A stretch of 64,000 bases of DNA from contig OZ059899.1 of the NCBI GenBank assembly GCA_964057225.1, positions 7,812,001 to 7,876,000 on the forward strand. Reading direction: 5' to 3'. This document shows positions 1-15,151 of the stretch, piece after piece. A model generated the notes under the pieces. The model saw nothing but the letters and a program-made list of their open reading frames with translations. It ran no database searches and was not told the DNA's origin. The stretch is from Auanema rhodensis (taxonomy: Eukaryota; Animalia; Nematoda). The position numbers and the translations under genes are program-made. Each line of letters opens with the position of its first letter. Positions within the stretch are counted from its first letter, which is position 1.

Positions 1-2795
1 CAAATAATACATTATATATTTATCAAAAAATGAATCTTTATGTTATACATTCTGATCTAAGTATTAACTTGTGGGCAGCCATATGCCGAGTGAGCATGAA
101 TGGCAAGCCGATCATTCCCACAAATCTAACTTGATGATTCCATTATTTTGTTTTTTTTTGCATCCTCGTTTCGTTTGATTCCAAAGATCAGATGTTTCTA
201 AAATTTAGAAGTTGACAACCTGACCCGAAGTGGAACACATTATAGAAAAGAATGTGTTGTTCTCTAACATTTCCTGAAAAGGTTCTCATGTTTCGAACCG
301 ATTCAAAATCTAAAAGGGAAACAAGCTAGAGAAACTAAAACCAAGCAAAATAATAGAAGAAACACAGAAAAAGATAGCAAAGAACATATATCTCAAGATA
401 CATCTACTTTGTGTGGACCGACATTCGGATCCTTTTCCCGCTCCCTATTTTTCTCTTTCTCTCTATAATACACATATACTCTTCGTATCTCCTTCTTTGT
501 CCTCCGTCCACATTTGCCTTTTAACTATGTAGATATCCATATCTTACAAGGCCTTATGGATAATAATAGCCTTATTCGATGGCATATTGTGGACAATGTC
601 TTCGTTGATGTCGAGACAGCTGTACGTTGAACAGCAGCAGGAAACTGACGACGACAACTACCGCGACAGCGACATCTCCGAACAACTATTATATTCTTCA
701 TCATCTCTATTCTCATATCAATCGAGCCTCTAATACTACAAACATAAAGAAAAAGATTTTAGAGAGCAAGGAAAATATGAATTTTAAGGTTATATATTAG
801 AAGTATAAACAGACATAAAATGAGAAATGTCATGCATAACTTCATCAATGAATTCCGTGAATATCTCATTTGTGCTATTTCAATAGTTTTGAAGCACTTT
901 GCGGCATGTACAACTCTTTTTTTTGTGATATTTTGAAGAAATGATGATGAAGCAATAAAAAAAACACAAATTTGAACAAAACGTAACAAACTGATTTTTG
1001 TATAGCTGAAAGCAAATTGATTTATCGTAAAAGCAGCCACATCAAAGATTGAAAATAATTTAATCAAAAACGTTTTTTTACGTTGTCAATGAAATTATTT
1101 GTGATTTTCAAAGTTTAAAACCTTTACTTTGCGAATATTATTTTTGTTAGTAAATCTTTTTTCAGATCATCTTCGTAATTTTATGGGAACCTTGTTTCCA
1201 ATAAGAAAAATTCTTTTAATTTAGAAAATCAGATAAATCTTTCCGATAGGCTGTTGAATATATCAATCTTTTTAGACAGATTTAAGGTTTGACAGCGGAA
1301 TAATAATGACGATTTTCTAGATGAAACTTCCTTTTTTTTTTTTTTTTTGAAAAAAAAAATGCTGCTTTTGCCTGGCTTCTATTTGTAAAATTTGAATTGA
1401 AATGTTCCATAATAATATCAGCAAATATAAGTAGAACAACAGGGTAAATGGGGTCAAATACTTGATCATTGATACTTGTCAAGCAAGCTTCTTCCTCTTT
1501 ATGTTTCAACTTGAGGTTAAATACTTCCTAATTTTTGAAAAAAAAGGGTCATACGGTATAGAAGTATTTTCAATAAGAGCGACTCAATTTCTTCAGATAA
1601 TCTCTGATAATTTAGAAAAAAAGTACTTTCATAGCAATTTCTATTTCCCAATAGAGCACACTTGTTTTAATTAACTTAATTTTTTTTTTGTAATTTTTTT
1701 CTGCAAAACTGGCCAATGAATTCATATTTGAAAGCTACAATATCAGTCATGTACACGTGAGAAAATGATATAATATAAATTTCTTCTATTTATTACATAT
1801 TTAGTTTTTATCATAAAAAAAAAGGAAATTACTTTTGTTCATAAGCTGCATTGATCAGCCATATGAAGTAGATTCTATTATTTTCCTTTTATAAAGTATC
1901 AAAAGGAATCATTCTATGATATTTAAAATTGATTATAATCAAATATATTGATGAAATAGTTCAATATAGAAAGAAAATCTTTTAAACCCTTGAGGTTTTG
2001 AATAAGAATACTATGTATGCATATGTAATCAAACACAACTAAGATATGTATATAATATTTCAAATATAATAAATAAACAAATAGAATTTTTTTCTAAATT
2101 TTAGAAAAATCAAAATATTTTTTATATATAAATGCTAAGTTATATGAAATTTGAACATTTCAAGTATATAGCAATTTTTTTTCTAAAATCTAGAAAGATA
2201 TCACTTAATATTTAGAATTTTTCATTCATTTACATTCTGTTTTAATGTTATTTATAAATTTAAACTATAAATAACTTTTTTTTTTCCATGAAAGGATTAT
2301 AATATTTCATATTACTACTGTTGATATTGAGATTGATTATAGAATTGAACTTTTATTCTTATCATGTAAATATACATACATATACCAATATCTAATATGT
2401 ATTTATATTATATGAAACACAATACATAATAGTTTTCAAAAACTATCTGAAAATAAAGAAAAATGATAATAAAATTATTTTATTAAAATACTGTATACAT
2501 ATAGATACATATAGTAATTATATAATAATTTAATTAATTAATATATTAATATATTGAATTATAATTAATTATTATTTAATCACTATATTCATATAAATGA
2601 TAAAATAAGTGCATTATTAACAAAAATGATCTATCTATGTGAAAGTTTGGTAAGGTTAAAATAATTTATAAATATATTTATATATAATATAGTAATTAAA
2701 ATGAAATATAATATAATATAAAATTTAAATTTATTTTATTTTATTATTTTAATATGTATTCTAATAATATTTATCAATTTAGCTCTCCTTCTGAA

Positions 2796-3797
2796 ATGAA
2801 AGAAAGACGACTAAGATCATCAGTACGTCGAGAACAGTATTATGGAAGTGTAGAACTTGTGGTATCAGTTGATCCACGTGGACGTATACGAAATATTGGA
2901 CGATTTCGACTTGAACCTTCGTCTGACTTTCAAGCAGTTCGTTTTTTTTTCTTTTAATCTATCATCTCGTTAATACTTCCTCATTCCTTCTCCTGAACAT
3001 GAACATAATCATACTAAATGAAGCCTCTATAATCAATTGATTTCCGTTATATATACGTAAAACACGTGAAATGGATTATTTAATATAGAAAAGACATGTA
3101 GATTGGTTGATGATATCGTGGATTATAACAAAATTTAATTTATATATTTGAAATTCAGGATGCTCATATGCCAACGTCATCATCATCAATCGTTGTAGAG
3201 AATCCTCAAGAAGAAATGCGATGGTATTGGAAGTATTTTCTGGGAAATGGTTAATTATATTAATTATAACAAAATAATTTATCTAACTATTCTAGAACAT
3301 CAAAATTTTTCGGGAATTGACCCAACAACAAAATCGCCTTTCTTTCTTTCAATTATGGTGGAAGAAGAAATTGACGATAATAAACTATGTAGAGCTATAC
3401 TTTGGACACAAAAGGTTCTTATTTAAAAATAAAATGAATAATAAAGTTATAATAAATGTTAGGGCCCTCGTAGATTATGCGTACCTGTTCCACATGGTGG
3501 AAAAGCTCTAACAGCAAAAGCAATTCTTCAGTGAGTTTCCCATACTTCTATGAAAAATCCTAAACCTCATGCTTACAGTCGTTTCCCTGAAATGAGTGAT
3601 TACGCTCGACAACTTAAAGAAGTTACTAATCCAAAAATACAGAAAGAGCTAGTTGTATTAGAAGATCAGGAAGGTTCTGTTAACTGCAAAGTTGGAGTAA
3701 TATTCGCCTTGGGAGATCAGATATCAGATGCACAAATGTTCGGAAATGGTTTGTATTCCATATAATTAATAAAAACAAAATTATAGTTGTTATTATT

Positions 3798-3853
<56 letters not shown>

Positions 3854-6800
3854 GTTTAATTAATATTGTTTTAGAGCATGGCAATGAGCAATTTGAGAAA
3901 TTTTTAAAAATATTGGGACATCGAATTGAATTACAAGATTGGGGAAACTATCGCGGAGGACTTGACACAACAAGTATGTTTACAAAATAATTCAAAAAAA
4001 TATATCTTTGAGAAAATTTAAACAAAATTAAAGAAGAAAATATGTATATGTATATGAAATATATAATTTGTTTTAGCTAATTCAACTGGTCGCGAATCCG
4101 TTTATACGGCATTTGCTGGTCATGAAATCATGTTTCACGTTTCAACAATGCTTCCATACAGCCGAGAAAATGATCAACAGGTTTAATATTACAATACATT
4201 TTTTTATTTTGTTTTCAATATTAATTTGTTAAGATTGAAAGAAAACGTCATGTTGGTAATGATATAGTGAATATAGTATTTGAAGCCACAGATGATCCAC
4301 TACATCCATCATTTAGTCCAACAATGATGAAAAGCCATTTTACACGTATAATAATGATTTTCTTAGAAATTAAATTATTTTTTCAACTATTATAGATGTA
4401 TTTGCTGTAGTTACATATGAAGCTTCTACACATCTATGGAGATTATGGGTATATAGTGAAGAGAGTGTTCCTCCTTTTGGACCATCAATTCAACATCCAA
4501 ACACATTCTCTGATACAGCCGTGTTTCGTGAATTTCTTCTAACCAAACGTAAGCATTATATTCTTTTATTTAGAACTTTTAAACTTTTCAGTTATTAATG
4601 CTGAAAAGGCTGCTTTCAACGCTAAAGTATTTGTGGAAAAACGTCATCGAACAAACGATACATTATTAAAAGATATGTACATGGAATATATGAAAGATTG
4701 TCAAAAGGTTTATTTTTCTTTTATTTTAATAATTTTAATTTAAAATAAACATTAAAGGGTATAAATAAGATGACAGATACTGTAATTCGTCATCTTCGTT
4801 CACCTATTAGACGCGAAGCTCCACGTGAAACTGTGGACTTCTGTAAACTTGGTGAATTAATTAAGTTGGAAAAAATGTTGAGCGGTGATGTATCTGATTC
4901 AGTTAAAATGACAAGTATTTGTCGAAAACAGGTATGAATTATAAATTTAATTTAATTTTAAAGAAATCTTAAGCCATGGGAAAAAGAATTAATGATTCGA
5001 AACATACCATCATATGATATACTTGCATCTGATATATGGAAAGGTGTTGGTCTTCTTATATCATCAGAAGAACATGGAGTTGTTTTTGTGAATGAAGATA
5101 GAGCTACTCCTTTATTTGATAAAGATGTCAGGTACTACAGCTCATTGTGTAAAAATAATTTTTAATTCTTTTTTTTTTCTTAGAATTTATCAAATGTCTG
5201 TCTTAGATCACTTTGGTTTATTTATTGCTCGAATGGATAAAGGTTAGTTTTATTGTTTATTTTGTAATTAATTATAATATCTATACTATTCTTTAATTTT
5301 CTGATTTGATTAATATATTATATTTAGGCAAAGATTCATCTCTGATCGTTCTGGCCTTACCGGAACTGAGGAATGCTCTCCAAACCGGAAATACAATTCA
5401 GCGAAAGATCTGCCAAATGGCTAAAATACCGGGAACTAAAGGTAAATTTATTATTTTTATTATATACAAAATTTAAAAATATAATTAGGATGCCATTTCT
5501 TTGCTCCATCTGATGAATCAAGTTTACGCCTTAATATTGTGGCATGTGTTGGTAAAAAACTTTTATTACTACGCTGGACAATTGGACCAATAGTTAGATA
5601 TTCTGGAGTATTTCTTATCAATAATTTTACTATGCTTACCGTATGTTTAGAATAAGATAAAAATAAAAAATAAAAAATATTTAGTCACATCAATTGCCTG
5701 AAGAGCCAGTAAATATTTGTGTCTATGAAAAAGGATCATATCATCGAGTAGTCAAAGTTATTGCTTTAGCTAAAAATCACATATATATTGTTAATTTGAC
5801 GTAAGTTAATTATCTAACTATTATACATATATATGTATAAATAATATATTTTTAAGAGAAGGAACAGAAGAAATGATAAACTGTGATATTCCAAAAACTG
5901 AGAAAAGTCATATTAGAACAGCTTCTGATGGAGATAGTGATGAATTTATACTTTTACAATCAAGTAACGTTTTTTCAAAATAACTTATTTATTAAAATAA
6001 TTCTTCAGATCAAACATTGCATTTTGATCAACAAGATGGGCAATGGATACCAGAAAAAACATTTTGGTCTACAAGTTTAAATAATTTCTGTAAAATTTTT
6101 TTTTAAAAATATTGTTAAAATTCAATATTTAAGGTTTTCGTTTTCCTTTTATTATTGGTTTTGGTGAAGATTTGATTGAGATTCGTTTAGCTGTGAATGG
6201 AAATTTATTGGCATCAATGTATATGCCGAGTGTTCGTTTATTATCTGATAAAGTATGTTTTAATAATTAATTATAAAATTAATTTGATATTTTGTTTAAG
6301 AATGATATTGTATTTTCTGTTGAACGGCCATTCTCAGCAGCTATTTCAACAAATCGAGGATCATTAATCAGAAAAAAGGATAATGAAAATAAAAGGTTTG
6401 TTGATTTACGATCTTAATTTATAATTCTATTTTTTTAATTTTAATGAATCATTACATTTAAATATTTTATAGTCGATGGGACGTTTACCGGTTTAAACAT
6501 CAAGAGCTTGTATCTGTAGCTAAAGATCGTGATGGCAATAGACCTGGTGGACAAACTCCAAATGTAAGAAATTAACAAAATACAATCTTCATTTCGATAA
6601 AATTCTGATCTAGATTATTCGAAAAGAACCAGCTATTCAAGCTGTATATGAGACTGATTCTCCAACTTATCTTGGCTCGATTGAACATGCTGCATGCTTT
6701 GGCTCAGAATGCAGGTAACAGACAATGTTGTATTAGCCCTTACGCAGAGTAATTTTGAGCCATTTTAGTGTTGAAGTTCATCCTGAATCAGGTTTCATAT

Positions 6801-6859
6801 CGCGAGATGTTAGTAACAAGTCATCAGATGAATTTGAGCTTGAAGAATATCATCTTTAA
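2796..6859 (+). CDS. GARNL3-like GTPase-activating protein (Rap/Ran-GAP domain + CNH domain), multi-exon
   Basis: Spliced exons give [20 protein letters not shown] (like the vertebrate GARNL3 N-terminus), [49 protein letters not shown] (RapGAP Asn-thumb motif), VPPFGP and LINAEKAAF. These are followed by CNH-like KIPGTKGCHF and [22 protein letters not shown]. Stop TAA at 6857-6859. The start ATG is uncertain because an upstream exon may splice to the acceptor at 2782. Confidence 0.85.
3803..3850. repeat. (TA)n microsatellite in a GARNL3-like intron
   Basis: About 24 TA units, directly visible. Confidence 0.95.
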
Positions 6860-7541
6860 AGATTCAAAATAATCTGAATCACAATTCTCTTGTCATTGAA
6901 TAATTCACATCGCACGTGTCGTTTGTATGAAAATAATTATGAAAAGAAACAGAGAGAGAGAGAATGAGAGAGAGGGACCAAAATCGGATATTTGAAAAAC
7001 AAAAAAAAAATATATTAAAATATTTCTAATATATGTGTTATATTGTCGAACTATAAATAAAAAATTAACTTAATATAAAAAACTTTTTATTAAAAAAAAG
7101 AAGAAATATAAACTTCTATACCAAAAATGAAAGATATCAAAAAATCTTTTTAATACAATGAGCAAATATCAAAACAAATTTATAAAAATCTGAATTATTA
7201 CTGATACTATCTAAGATATTCTTCAAATTTTTAGTATTATATCGAGACCATATTCTAAGATGAACATATGAATGTATGTGACAAGTCGTTTGGAATACAA
7301 ATTATAATGATTTAAATATATAATTATATTGAAATACCTAACGAATAGTCTTATGGTCTTTGTTAATTTTTTTAAAAAGAGAAAATGACAAATAGTTTGT
7401 TGATTTATGGTCTAAAAGGTATAAGAAGAATAGAAATCTTATTTTTTGTCTAAAATATCTAAAATAACTTATTTGTCATCTTAAATTTAAGATAATAAGA
7501 ATATTCTTATTCAATTTTTTGTTTGAAAAATAGATACTTTT

Positions 7542-10500
7542 CTAATTTTTATAACAATATCCGCCACTTAAATAGTAGCCAGTACAGCATGATGGTTCAT
7601 TATCTGCTCTTTGAATCGGTAAACTTTCACTTTGAGGTGGTGAATTTTCTGGAGCCCATCCAAGATGAATGGATAAGAGATTAGTTGGACATTCATATGT
7701 GAATTTCCTTTAAAAATTTGTTTTTATAAATGGAATGTTGAAACAAGAAACATACTTTTCACAGATAGCTCCGTTTGCAATAGCTTGACGTTTTCCACGT
7801 GTTACTGTATTATAGAAAATTTGTGGAGGATAACGCTTGATTATGCGTCCAGGAGAATTGAGAACTTGTCTATGAGCACATTTTGCTGAAATTATTGACA
7901 AATATTTTAAATTTATGATATTCGGTATACTATGCTGATGTTGATGTTGTCTAGCTTGTGGTTGGCTTTGGGGAACTGGTACAGTAGCATTATGAGTTCC
8001 AGGATCACGTGGAATAGGTAAAAGACTATTTTCAATATTTGGACTTGATTGTGATGGATCAGATTGCCCAAAACGAAGCTTTTGCATCAGATCACATGGT
8101 AATACAATGCGACCATTACATAAGCGATTACTTGTTGAAGCTGGACAAGCCTGCTGATTACAAGTAACTGATTGAACGCTATATCCACTGAAAATCGAAT
8201 ACCATATTTGTAAATCTTTCCATTTTGAAAGCTTACTTGCAGTATCCATTTCCTCCATAACATCCACGAACACGTTGACGTGTTCCACAACCACCACATG
8301 GCTTTGTACATTGAGTCCATGCTCCCCAGATTCCCCAGTTTCCTGTGGCAGTTGGAGGATAAGTAATCTATATATTATATTATTACAATCAATACTTTAG
8401 AAAGTAGTCTTACAGGTGCTTGAGTAGTAGGTTGCACAGTGGTTGGAGAGTTTGTTGATGGATAAACAGTCTGAGGTCTTACAGTTGTATATGTTGGAGA
8501 TCCAACTGAAGTATTTTAATATATAATAAATAAAAAAATATTATTTTACAGTATTTATATTGAATTGTAAAGCCATGATATCCATTTGATACAGTTGAAG
8601 AACCTCTCATGATCAATACAATATCATCTCCTTCTGACACCAAAGAAGTTGCAGGAACTTTGCAGCATAAATGACTTCCTGCAAATATTTGAAAAAAAAA
8701 ATAATTTTACGAGCTCATCTAACCTGTTGAACTTTTAGCTTTCAATGTCTTAAGTTCGACATAACTTGAACATGAATCAGTACATGGGAAGTTAATATTA
8801 GAGAAAGCAACTTGAATACGTTGTCCAGCTGGTGACTGAAATATTTTATTTTGAAACCAAAATTGTTTTTTATGAATTAAAAAATACTTTTATTCTCCAA
8901 ACACAGTTCATATTTGCTGTAAGAAGTGGACTTTTGAATGTTTGGAAAGCATCAGTAGCATCAAGATTGCCACCACAATTAGCTAAAAATAGAATAATTT
9001 ACATACATTTCACTAAATACTTTTTAAAAAAATTTTTAATAAAAAATTAAAAGATACTTGGCTCAACACGATCACATAAAGTTCCTCCATATCCAGTTGG
9101 ACATTTGCATTTTTGACAATTATTAGGATCAGTATATCCTTCATTGAAGCAATTTAATTTTACAGGACAAATTTCTTAATAAAAATTATAATTTTTAAAA
9201 TAAAAATGAAATTAGATACTTGAGCAATAACGAAGATTAACCATTTTAGCATCTTTAAAAGAAATGCCTTCTCTTTGTCCAATTGTTTGTTGATAATTAG
9301 GATCCCTCGTCTTAATAGTATCACTGTAAAATATAATTTTTGATTTAGTTTTTGAAAAATTAAAAAAAAAAACTTACTAAGACCAGTTTGTAGTAAATGA
9401 TTTTGGTCCGTAATGCATGACAGATCCATAATCATAAATCTGGCCCATATTATCACTTGTAGCACTGGATCTTTTTTCAAAATTACCTTCAGTTCCCTGG
9501 AAAATTAATTTTTTTAAATATAAAATTATATTTATAACTCACCCTAATTATGAAGTTAGTATTCAAAGAGACATACTGATCACGATCATCACGAGATTGC
9601 TCATGCCAAAGTCCGAGTGCATGTAGAGTTTCATGAGCAACAATACCAACCTTAAATTAAATTATCAACATATTTTTTCTAAACAAATTATATAATATAA
9701 GTAAAATAAACATACAGAAACACATCCATATCCAATTGAAACTTGTTGTTTTCCTCCTATTCTTCCAACATTAGACCAACAACCATTTCCTTGGAAAAAT
9801 CGAAGTCCATCTCTGAAAATATAACATTCAAGAATAAATCTAAGAAAATTAAATTATTTTTTGATAATGAAAATATTATTTAAATACAAAGAAAGATATT
9901 CATACCCTGCACCGTTTTCAAGGAAACGCATACATGTTTCAGTTTCAATATGATTTAAAGCTCTTCGAATTGTTCTTTGCCATGTAGCTTAAAATTAAAT
10001 TATTTAAAAACAAACTTATTTATAAGGATTTTTTACCATCATTATAACTTAATATATATGGAATAGTTGTTGATTTCCAAAAGTTATTTGGATTAGGAAG
10101 AGCTTGTCGTTTTCCGCGCTGATTACGGAAGCTGCTCTTTTCAGACAATAATGATTCTGCTTGAGGTAAAGAAAGAATGATATCGTTTTCGAAGACTTCT
10201 TCCCAGATTTTACGATTAGCAGTAGCTTCAGTACCATCATCTCCTAAAGCTACGGCAGCTTTTTCAATTTCTTCAGGATTCTGAAAAAGATGATTATCAA
10301 AATTGGGAATTAGGTTAAGAATATCTTACATAGTCATGTCCGAATCGACGAGCAGATCGACGATAAAATTCACGTAATAATTCTTTTACATGTGCATAAT
10401 CGTTAACAACATCATTAGCAATTAACTTAAATAAATTATTATAAATATATAATTTTCTTTTAAAAAAATTTTTTTTTGAAATAATATCTTATATAAATAA

Positions 10501-10562
10501 AAACAAACATTTTTTCCTTCTGCAATAGTCAGAAATACCAGTAAGAGGGTTAGTTTTCTCAT
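7542..10562 (-). CDS. nas-37: Astacin zinc metalloprotease (signal peptide, prodomain, astacin, EGF, CUB, TSP1), NAS-37 orthologue (ecdysis protease)
   Basis: Signal peptide [16 protein letters not shown]. Prodomain [37 protein letters not shown] matches C. elegans NAS-37 as I recall it. Also an RGKR furin site, zinc motif [19 protein letters not shown], Met-turn SVMHY, an EGF unit ([12 protein letters not shown]), a CUB domain and a TSP1 unit ([15 protein letters not shown]). Confidence 0.9.
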
Positions 10563-13500
10563 TCCCTTAAAAAAAAAAGCTTTACAACTTTTCTATTTCT
10601 AAATATAAATATTAACGAGAAAAAACGAAAAAATGTTGTCAATGAAGAGAAGGTGTGATATTTCAAATTTTAAAAAAATCTGAATTTAAGTAGTCTAATC
10701 GGATACTGTACTTTTTCTTCTCCGCCTACCTGAGGACATTTGATCTCAAATAAATCATCAAGGACATATGAGGTTATACACATATGTTCTTAACAATAAA
10801 ATATAGAAAAAAGGATTAAATGATGAATAATTCAATATGATTGGATGAAACTTATAAGAAGAATATGAACATATAACTCTCTATAGTCAAAAAAAAAGTA
10901 AAAAAGATTGTGATTGAAAATAAAACTAAATAAACGAATAGAATAAAGATGGAACATAAGGAACTAGCAATATTCTTTTTTGAAAACTCATCAAATGGAA
11001 ACATTTTCATCCTTATGTAGTGGAAATTTAGCGTAAACCTATCCAAAAATTAATCCTTTTACGAGAGAAAGACGTTAACCATATCACAAGATTTTTTTTG
11101 TAATTTTTGTTAAAAGTTTCAATGAACTTATCATTTCGGAACTAAGAAAATCATTTAATCTAATTATTTCAAATGTCTAGACTAAGTCAAGAGCTTCAAT
11201 TATTTAGATGATAAGAATAAAAAAAATGATTTTGCGAAATAAATTGAACAGATGAAGAATACGAATTTGAAAAAATAATGTATATGGTCTCTGTTTTGTT
11301 AGAGTCTCAATTTTCTTGAATATATGGTTCATTCACCAAAAAAAAACGATGAAAACGGATGAAAATCGGTTTCTTTTCAAAAGAAAAAGTACAAGCAACT
11401 GAATAATCTTTCTTACGTTCCTTATATAGTTTTCAGAATAATATTTATATTTATAATTTGTCTTGGTAGTTTAAAATTCCACTTGACCATCATATAGTCA
11501 TACCTCCTCATTTTTTCGAAACCAATTATGTAGGTCTGTGCTCGATACGGCTAATCGCTTTCTCAAAACATTAAATAGCTAGGCTAAACCCAAGAGAATG
11601 AATTTGTGCCAAATACGTCAACTAATAGAAATAAAAAACCTTGTATGAATCAGCTAATCAAATTTTTGAAGTTATCATAAAATTATAAAATATTCAAAGA
11701 AAAAATAGAAAAAAATAGGTTCGAATGATTCAAAGCTGATGTTGAAATGATCATGTAGTCATCGGAATGATATAATAGACATAAGATGTATGAGACATGC
11801 CCTTATTAGAAGGACATGAACCAGAAAAAACCGGACAAACTGTTGATTCTGTTAAAATTTTCGAGAGGAAGTAACAACAATTTTGTAACAGCCTAACAAG
11901 GTACCAAATCAGATTATAGTTGTTTCACTTTGAAACCAAATAAGGTCATCTTTTTAAACGGTCATTCAATCGTTTTATATATTCTATAAAATAAAAATAT
12001 ATTATAAGTATAAAAATTCATTAAAATATTTAATTTTTTGATAAAACCAATAAATCAATAATATTATTAAATGAATATTAACTAAAAAGCTATGGTTTAT
12101 ACTATATCAAAATCACATCCCTTCTACATTCTTTACATCTTTTATAAAATATTTTACATAATTAGAATAATAAAATATTCTTTTTATTACTAAATATATG
12201 TATATTCACATTATGATTTTGATATCTTTTTCAAAATTTGAAAAAAATTCGTATCTTTCTATATTTGTATTTGAACTCTGGTCCATTACCGCGCAAGAAG
12301 AAGCTATCAGATTTCAACCTAAATTTAACCTTGAATTAACAGCTCTTTTCACGGATTTAACACTAATTTTAGTTGACTTATACGGAAATTAATCTGGGAC
12401 CCTTCTGTAAAAATTGCTAATTCGAATTAGAAAAAGGTGTCAATAGTTCCTAAATTCAAAAAAATTGTGTTTAGTCTCTCACCTGAAACATTAACTGGTT
12501 ATCTTCCTAAAATTAAAAAAAAAGGAAAATAATAAGAATAGCAATTCAGTGCCATCTGATTAAAAAAATTCAAACATTTTAAAAATGAAGAAAAGATGTT
12601 TCTTCAAGAATTCAATGAAAAAAGCATGACTTTGAAAATTAGAAATTGTCCTGAATGCAAAACTGAAGATTTGATGTCTAAGATAAGTTTGTTGAAACTT
12701 TTTTTGAAAACATCAGCCTCAGAAACTAATTGTCAGTGACCCTAATTTGTTGTCACTAGGTTCTAAAAGAATAAAACTTATGTAATGAAAAGTGCAAAAA
12801 CCGTTCAAAAGTGACTATGTATTGTGCAAAAAGAAAAAGAAATATCGCAAAGCTGTGTAGAATTTTGACAATTGGAAAAAAGATATTGAAGAACATCCAA
12901 CATAAATCATATCATAAACGGTATAAAAGCTATCAATTTGATTGAATTGTAAGGAAGCAGCTTGAATTGCAGTCAACAATGATTTCTTTACAATCTTTCT
13001 GACATCACTCATTCAAATGTTTTTTTCTTCAAACAAACTTTTTATTCGATTGATATATATGTTTCTTTTATACATTATTATCGTTTTCTGTTCACAAAAA
13101 AAAAAGAAATGTTTTATCTTATTGCCATATTAGACAAATTAGGCCATAGATTCTGCCAGACCACCCGTATAATGCAGTTGCAGGTCGAAATACATACTAT
13201 AGAAGATGAGTCGACAACCACGACTACGACGTTGACAGAGTTGTTGGCGCACGAAGATGTTTGAACACATGAATCGGTGAAGTCAAACTATTCAGATGAA
13301 TCCTTGTCCTAATCGGTTAATGTCATTGAGATCCTAAGGTTTCGAAAAAGATAGATTGAAACAGTGGAATGTGAAGCTTTTTTTCTTTGTCTTAAAGTAT
13401 GAAAAAAATTTTCTAATTTTCTAAGAATGAAATTAAAAAATAGATCATGTTATCCATTGATTTCCTAAATTCATTTGCACATATTTTATGAAAATTATCA

Positions 13501-13635
13501 AATGATTATCATATGTTCAAATATTTATTACAATAATTTTATAAAAACGTTAATATTTTAAATTAAAATGTATATAATTTAAATAAAAAATAATTAAATT
13601 ATGACACAACAGATAATCTTTTAGATTTAAATCCT

Positions 13636-14089
13636 TTACTGTGATGGTATTATATGTGTACGAATACAAATAATAAATAATATTATACAAAATATTGATA
13701 TAGCTATAGATATAAGGAATATTAAGCCTACTCCAACTTGAAGATACATACGTCGAGCATGAGCAGCATACACTAAAATGAATAAAGATGAAAAAAAACA
13801 CTTTAACTATAAGATATAATGTAAAACCTTGACGTTGAAAATAGACTGGTTCAGTTAGGCTACGTAGTAAATATTGCTGAGTTTGTATATTATCTGTTGG
13901 TGTACGAATAGTTTTTGGAAGATCCTTCTTCGCATTTTCATGAGAGGACGCTGTTGACGTTTTCGTCTCAACTTCATGAACAGTATTTTCATTGCTATAC
14001 ATATAGAATAATACATATTATTTAATTAAATATTATATATTTATAGTTAATATAATATAAAAATAATAAATATTAATTTACCTTATCAT
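13636..14089 (-). CDS. Putative ~103-aa protein with a C-terminal transmembrane segment (3 exons: 14089-14082, 13994-13828, 13772-13636)
   Basis: GT-AG splicing keeps the frame: MISNENTVHEVETK...PVYFQRQVYAAHARRMYLQVGVGLIFLISIAISIFCIILFIICIRTHIIPSQ*. The alternative start is the unspliced ATG at 14002. No homologue recognised. Confidence 0.55.
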
Positions 14090-15151
14090 GTTTTTAATAA
14101 AGATGGCATGTATATAGTGATTAAGATTGAATACTTATCCTTCTAGTTACATGAGATTTGTTCGTTTCCATATCATATCTATCTCAATTGGAAAGCATAT
14201 AAGCTCTCGAGATATTCGATTTCTTTTCACTTTTTTTCTCTGATTTACCTTTTATAACACCTATTTCTCCCGTCCTTCTTTCTTTCTTATCAGTAATTAC
14301 GAAGTGAGAAAAGTGTTTATTACAAGGTTGTGCTTGTGTCGCCGTTAGCAACGAATACGTCAAAATGCCAAAAATCTCATAATTAAATCAAAATGTCATA
14401 AGTTTTATCTAAAAAATATTAACTTTATTATAATATTTATAATAAACTTAATATAAAAAATTTAAGAAACAAAAAAGACATATCTTTAAATTTATATAAA
14501 ATAAATTAAATTTTTAATTAATCTCTTAATTATTTCTATTGATTATAATAGATATATAGAGACTGATTGCATATTTTTATCTACAAACTATTTATTAAAA
14601 AGAAAAAAAAATTGAATATATATCAATTAAGAAAAGAATTGTATGGTTATGTTGTATTTGAAAATATTTTACGTAATGATTAGAGAAGTACAACTATTTT
14701 ATTTAATTTTTGCAGCAAAAATGTATCATTTTATATACAATATTATTAAATATATTTTAATTAATATTTGAGTTGAATAATATTTTATATATATCTATAT
14801 AATAAAATTGTTTTTTTCTTTTTTTCTTCAATATATTTATTAAATAATAAACAAATGGAAACGAAATTTAAGATATAAGCACAAATTACATATAAATCGT
14901 ATACATACAAAATGATATTATTTTTTTATTTTTGAACATTAATATGTGTATCTTCTAAACAAAATTTTTCCTAAAAATGTATAAATTAATTTTTAATTTA
15001 TATAAATAAAAATTAAATAAATTAATATAATATATTTAAAACTAACCATATCTTCTAATAAATCATTTTGATAACCTTTTGATGGTCTTTTACATTGTAT
15101 TGAACTTCTACAATAAAACACAAATAATAATTTCTATAAATCAGGTGAATT

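Noticed and set aside
12250-12740. Coding-looking stretch with CPECK
   Set aside because: In-frame stops immediately upstream and no consistent splice model. At most a degraded remnant.
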